The position numbers and the translations under genes are program-made. The notes under the pieces were generated by a model that did not search any database, was not told where the DNA came from, and saw only the letters and a list, made by a program, of their open reading frames with translations. 64,000 nucleotides of DNA, from assembly GCF_964213995.1 (NCBI RefSeq), contig NC_135801.1, forward strand, positions 82,832,001 to 82,896,000. The letters run 5' to 3'. Numbering within the stretch: the stretch's first letter is position 1; every line of letters begins with the position of its first letter. Shown in pieces: positions 59,801-64,000 of the stretch. The stretch comes from Mustelus asterias (Eukaryota).

Positions 59801-62800
59801 CAATAACAACTGGAAAATGTAGGCAACTAACTAACTCTTCCTCACTTTGTCTTTGTATTTTGATTTGATTTATTATTGTCACATATATTGGGATACAGTG
59901 AAAAGTATTGTTTCTTGTGCACTATACAGACAAAGCATATCGTTCATAGAGAACATGGGGTGAAGGAAAGAGTAAGGTGCAGCATATAGTGTTGCAGTTA
60001 CAGATACGGTGAAGAGGAAGTTCAGCTTAATATATGATAGGTTCGTTCAAAAGCCTGATGGCAACAGGGAAGAAGCTGTTCTTGAGTCAGTTGGTACATG
60101 CTCTCAGACTTGTATCATTTTCCTGATGGAAGAAGGTGGAAGAGAGTATGTCTGGGGTGCGTGGGGTCATTGTATACGCTGGCTGCTTTTCTGAGGCAGC
60201 AGGAAGTTTAGATGGGGTCAATGGATGGGAGGTTGGTTTGCTTGATGGACTGGGCTTCATTCACAAGTTTCTTGCGGTCTTGCACAGAGCAGGAGCCATA
60301 CAAGCTGTGATACATCCGGAAAGGATGCTTTCTATGGTGCATCTGGAAAAATTGGTGACAGTCATAGCGGACATACCGAATTTCCTTAGCCTTCTGAGAA
60401 AGTAGAGGTGTTGGTGGGCTTTCTTAACTATAGCGTTGGCATGGAGGAACCAGGACAGATTGTTGGTGATCTGAACACCTAGAAACCTGTATTTCCCGGT
60501 TTGTGGGAAAATACTTACGAACTATCGGTTTAAAATGGACTCTGAGCACATCAAATAAAATGGGCACTCTGTTCCTCTGACTCCAGTGCATTATCCCCTC
60601 TCTTTGCCAACCGTAACTGATGGGCAGCTCCTATACTCTTCTTGAATAGTCTATCAATCTAGCTCTCTATCTCCCTCCTCTCCTTCTGTTACAACCGGAC
60701 ATAGAAGCATAGAGAATAGGAGCAGGAGGAGGCCAGTCGGCCCTTCAAGCCTGCTCTGCCATTCAATATGATCATGTCTGATCATCCAATTCAATAGCCT
60801 GATCCCAACTTATACTTTGATCCCCTTTGCCTCAAGTGCTATATCTAACTGTTTCTTGAACTGGTTTCAACTGCTTTCTGTGGTAGTGAATTCCATTGGT
60901 TGTCCGCTCTGTAGGTGAAGGAATTTCTCCACATCTCTTGTCTTAAACAGTCTACCTTGTATCCCCAGACTGAGCCCTGATTCTGGACACCCGAACATCA
61001 GGAACATCCTTCTTTCATATACCCTGTCTATTCCTATTAGAATTTTATAGCCAGAATTTTATTGCCGCTTTACACCTGTTTTGTGGCGGGAAAATACCAT
61101 AAAATTGAGTATAAAGCGGCTAGCGTGAGTGGCGCTGGTTTTCACGATGGGTGCAATTTTACGACACCCAGATTGTCAGCGTGGTCAGCCTCTCACCGGA
61201 AATGGGTGAGAGGCTGATTAATTTGTGTGTTTGTTAATTTCCATGTGTCTAGTGAGTCTGGCGCTCAATCTATCCAGGCTCGCTTGACTTTGTGGCCTCA
61301 CCAGGAGAGGTTCTCTCCGGCGAGGAAAATACCTGCACCCCATGAACGCAGAACAGTCGTGTTGGCCTCACCGGTGGAACCGGAGGCCATTAAGGCCCCA
61401 CAGGGAGGCTGAGTGCACGCAGGAGTGCCCCTTAGGCAATGCCAGCCTAGCACCAGGGCAATGCCCATCGGGCAGGGACTGGGGCCAATGTGGTGTGGAG
61501 CCTGTGGAGTGGGGGGCAGAACCAATGGGGGCAGGGCAAATGGAGGCACTCTGCATGCGATTGGTGGGGGTCCGCGATCGGTGAGGGAGGGAGGGGATCC
61601 GCGATCGGTGGGGGAGGGAGGGAGGGGGTCCGCGATCGGTGTGGGTGGCAGAGGGCAAGGGGGGTATACATCTCGGGCCACGGGCCCGTGCGATTGCATG
61701 TGCAGCATCAGAGGTCTGCACATGCGCAATACCTCCCTCTACAGGCTGTCTGGTGAGCTGAGCCCCGCCCATCGCCTCTCTGGCCAGAAACTGACCAGTC
61801 CAAAATTTCAGAGACAGTGTGTATAAGATTGGACGTGAAAACCTGCCCAAAAAATGGATCTGGAACTCTCCCATTTTCAGACAAGCTGGACACTGAGAAA
61901 AAATCTCGTAAACTTCCACCCTTTAGGTTTCTGTGCGATTTCCCCCCTCAATCTTCTGAATTCCAATGAATACAATCCTCACCGACTCAATTTCTCCTCG
62001 CATCAGTCCCGCAGTCCCAGGAATCAGTCTAGTAAACCTTCTCCGCACTCCCTGCAAAGCACAAAGATCCTGCCTCAGATAAGAGACCAAACTGCCCACA
62101 ATATTCTAGGTGTGGCCTCACCTGTATAACTGTGGGGGGGGAGGTGAGATTCCCCAATTTATTATGATTCCAGTTGAGATACCGCCAAATTGTTATGCTC
62201 CCAGGTTATTCAATCCCTTTGGTTGGCCGTCACCTTTGCGAAAGGCAAATTATAGAAAAGGTACAGGTTTTGTATCATCAGGGACAAAATTTGTTTAGGG
62301 AAACCTCTCTTAATACTATTGTGAACCAGCTGGTTAAAGGTTAATTTCACAAGGATCCCTTCCCTCAGGGATATCTTCTCCCAGCCCAAGTGTATTTATG
62401 TTTTAAAATGAACCAATTTATCCAGGCTTTCTTGAGTTGAAGAAAGAATGAGATTATTATTTACTAAAATGCAAGAAAAAATAATAAAACTCACCACAAA
62501 TAGATTAGAAATGAGAAGTGAGACTAAAAATACAAGTTAGAAAGGTTTACGAATCAGTCTTTGGCTGTTCCATGAGGAATCAATGGTAACATGTTACATA
62601 CGTTAAGTTGGGCAATACCAGCAACGCCAGTTGAGCAGTTGGTTTGGAGATTCTTAGTTCTGTAGCTTAGCCGAAAGGAGTTATCCGGTTTCTTTTTTTA
62701 CTGTGACTTTGCTGACTTGTGACTTTCTTCCAGCAATCAGAGAGCACGAGAAACTTTATTACCTGCAAGTGCGGGGTTACCTAGAGGATATTCTTCAGCT

Positions 62801-63567
62801 GTGGTCCTCACAGCACACACTGGCACAGTAGAACTAGAAACCAGACTAGCACACTGAGATCAGAGTTTACCCCTTTTTGTGTGCATTATTAGAAAGGGAA
62901 AAACACAAACATCTCTTTTGCCCAGAACTGCTTTATTTCAACTCCTATCAGGTCCACAGTCTGAGATATAATTCACAGGAGATGTTTTCTGCTGAAATGG
63001 CAAACGTCCTCAATTACCTCCATAGGAGTTTACAGTCCAGTTTTTGCATTGCATCTCTTCCTTTGAAGTGTCTCTGTCAGAACAAGGCTTTGTCATTCCG
63101 TTCTCTGAGGACTGGTTGGTCAAGTGTAATCCTTGATGGAATTTTCTTGCAAGTGGTTTACTTTACAGTTTCAAGCAGTTTTTGCTTGCAAATCCTTTTT
63201 TTTTATAAACCCATGACTTACTTAAAAGTTCAATATGCCTGCAAGTAATTCAGGGATAGGATTTGTTGTCATGACAAACTCACCTCTTTGAGGGGGCTAC
63301 TAGCTATGTATCCCAATATCTGCTTTTGCTTGAACATCATTTTTAATACAACACTTAAGATTCTAAATAATCATGTTGCTGTGTTAATACTCAAGTATTT
63401 GGTATCTGATCGAATGTGTAATTCATATCACTGTTCTCAGTTTTTGCACTAGCATTGTTGCTCAAGATTCAAGAGGAAACATATACCACGGTAGAAATCT
63501 GGATTATGACTTCAGTGATATTTTAAGATCTCTCACAGTTGACCTACAATTTGTAAAGAATGGTCAG
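56659..63567 (+). CDS. NAAA: N-acylethanolamine acid amidase, exons 1-3 (gene continues past the window end)
   Basis: Spliced product [91 protein letters not shown] matches NAAA; same position next to SDAD1 as in human. Confidence 0.95.
57280..57900 (+). repeat. C-rich minisatellite (~23-29 bp unit) split by a SINE
   Basis: CCCCGACAGCRTTCACCCCTCTC-like units on both sides of 57404-57722. Confidence 0.75.
57404..57722 (-). mobile_element. HE1-type V-SINE
   Basis: Near full length; inserted in a minisatellite. Confidence 0.88.
58366..58655 (-). mobile_element. V-SINE alternative-tail subfamily
   Basis: Head, core and tail as at 12291. Confidence 0.85.
59229..59393 (+). CDS. NAAA: NAAA exon 2
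   Basis: ttacag| ... |gtaagt; 165 nt; [16 protein letters not shown]. Confidence 0.94.
59859..60490 (-). mobile_element. Rex1/Babar-like LINE 3' end
   Basis: Colinear with 10995-11590. Confidence 0.85.
60700..62130 (-). mobile_element. CR1 3' fragment split by a MITE-like element
   Basis: CR1 sequence AGAATTTTATAG|GTTTCT is interrupted at 61050 and 61926. Confidence 0.75.
61050..61921. mobile_element. GC-rich MITE-like element with internal CCGCGATCGGTG tandem units
   Basis: GCCAGAATTTTA ... GTAAACTTCCACCC ends; interior resembles 32426/35306 in reverse. Confidence 0.7.
62131..63277. mobile_element. Possible LTR-like repeat
   Basis: Ends TGTCATGACA next to a purine-rich tract on the - strand; no TSD found. 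Confidence 0.3.
63441..63567 (+). CDS. NAAA: NAAA exon 3 with the Ntn-hydrolase catalytic Cys ([14 protein letters not shown])
   Basis: ttctcag| ... |gtaggt; 127 nt; Cys codon 63445-63447. Confidence 0.96.
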
Positions 63568-64000
63568 GTAGGTGTTGCTTTAAAATGATAACGTGTATTT
63601 TTAAAAAAACTATAGGGGAATATCTCAGTTTGCTTTGCTAGACTAAAATACATCTTTCAGATACCTTTTGAGAATAATCTTAGCTCATCAGTGGAAATGA
63701 TAGCATTATATTCAGAAATTAGACTTAAAACGAATTACAACTTTTCTTAAACTTGAGAAGGTTGAAGAGTGGCCTGAAAGATCTTTAAGCTTATGAGGGT
63801 AAATCATGATAGATTATTTCCATTGGTCAGTGAGATGGGTAATAATTAAAGTACTACAACTTTCTCAATGGAAGTTAGAGATGGACAATAAACTCTGGCC
63901 TTATTATAGATACCTTCTCCCCAGAAACAAATGAAAAAATTAGTGAGGAAGTTAGAAAGAAGATTCCTTGCACAAAAGGGCTTTGAAAGTGTAAATCCCG

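Overview
Eukaryotic DNA from a cartilaginous fish. The shark assignment is inferred from abundant HE1-type V-SINEs, Deu-domain SINEs and HER1/CR1-type LINEs; the species cannot be fixed from sequence alone. The window holds a complete + strand SDAD1 gene: 21 coding exons from 9353 to 54402, all GT-AG, giving a 2058-nt CDS (685 aa). About 2.25 kb downstream lie the first three coding exons of NAAA, including the catalytic Cys exon, in the same tandem arrangement as in human. Most entries in the ORF track are spurious or transposon-derived. The most notable items are: minimal hammerhead-ribozyme motifs in Penelope-like repeats, including a 12-bp-TSD-flanked inverted pair just upstream of SDAD1; a candidate divergent multi-exon transcript at 1.4-3.0 kb on the - strand; a clean antisense solo LTR; a SINE with a perfect 7+7 bp pseudoknot; a near-perfect 79-nt hairpin; and a young CR1 insertion that enlarged an ~85-nt intron about 20-fold. 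No database search or folding computation was run; homology calls come from recalled sequences and manual reading.
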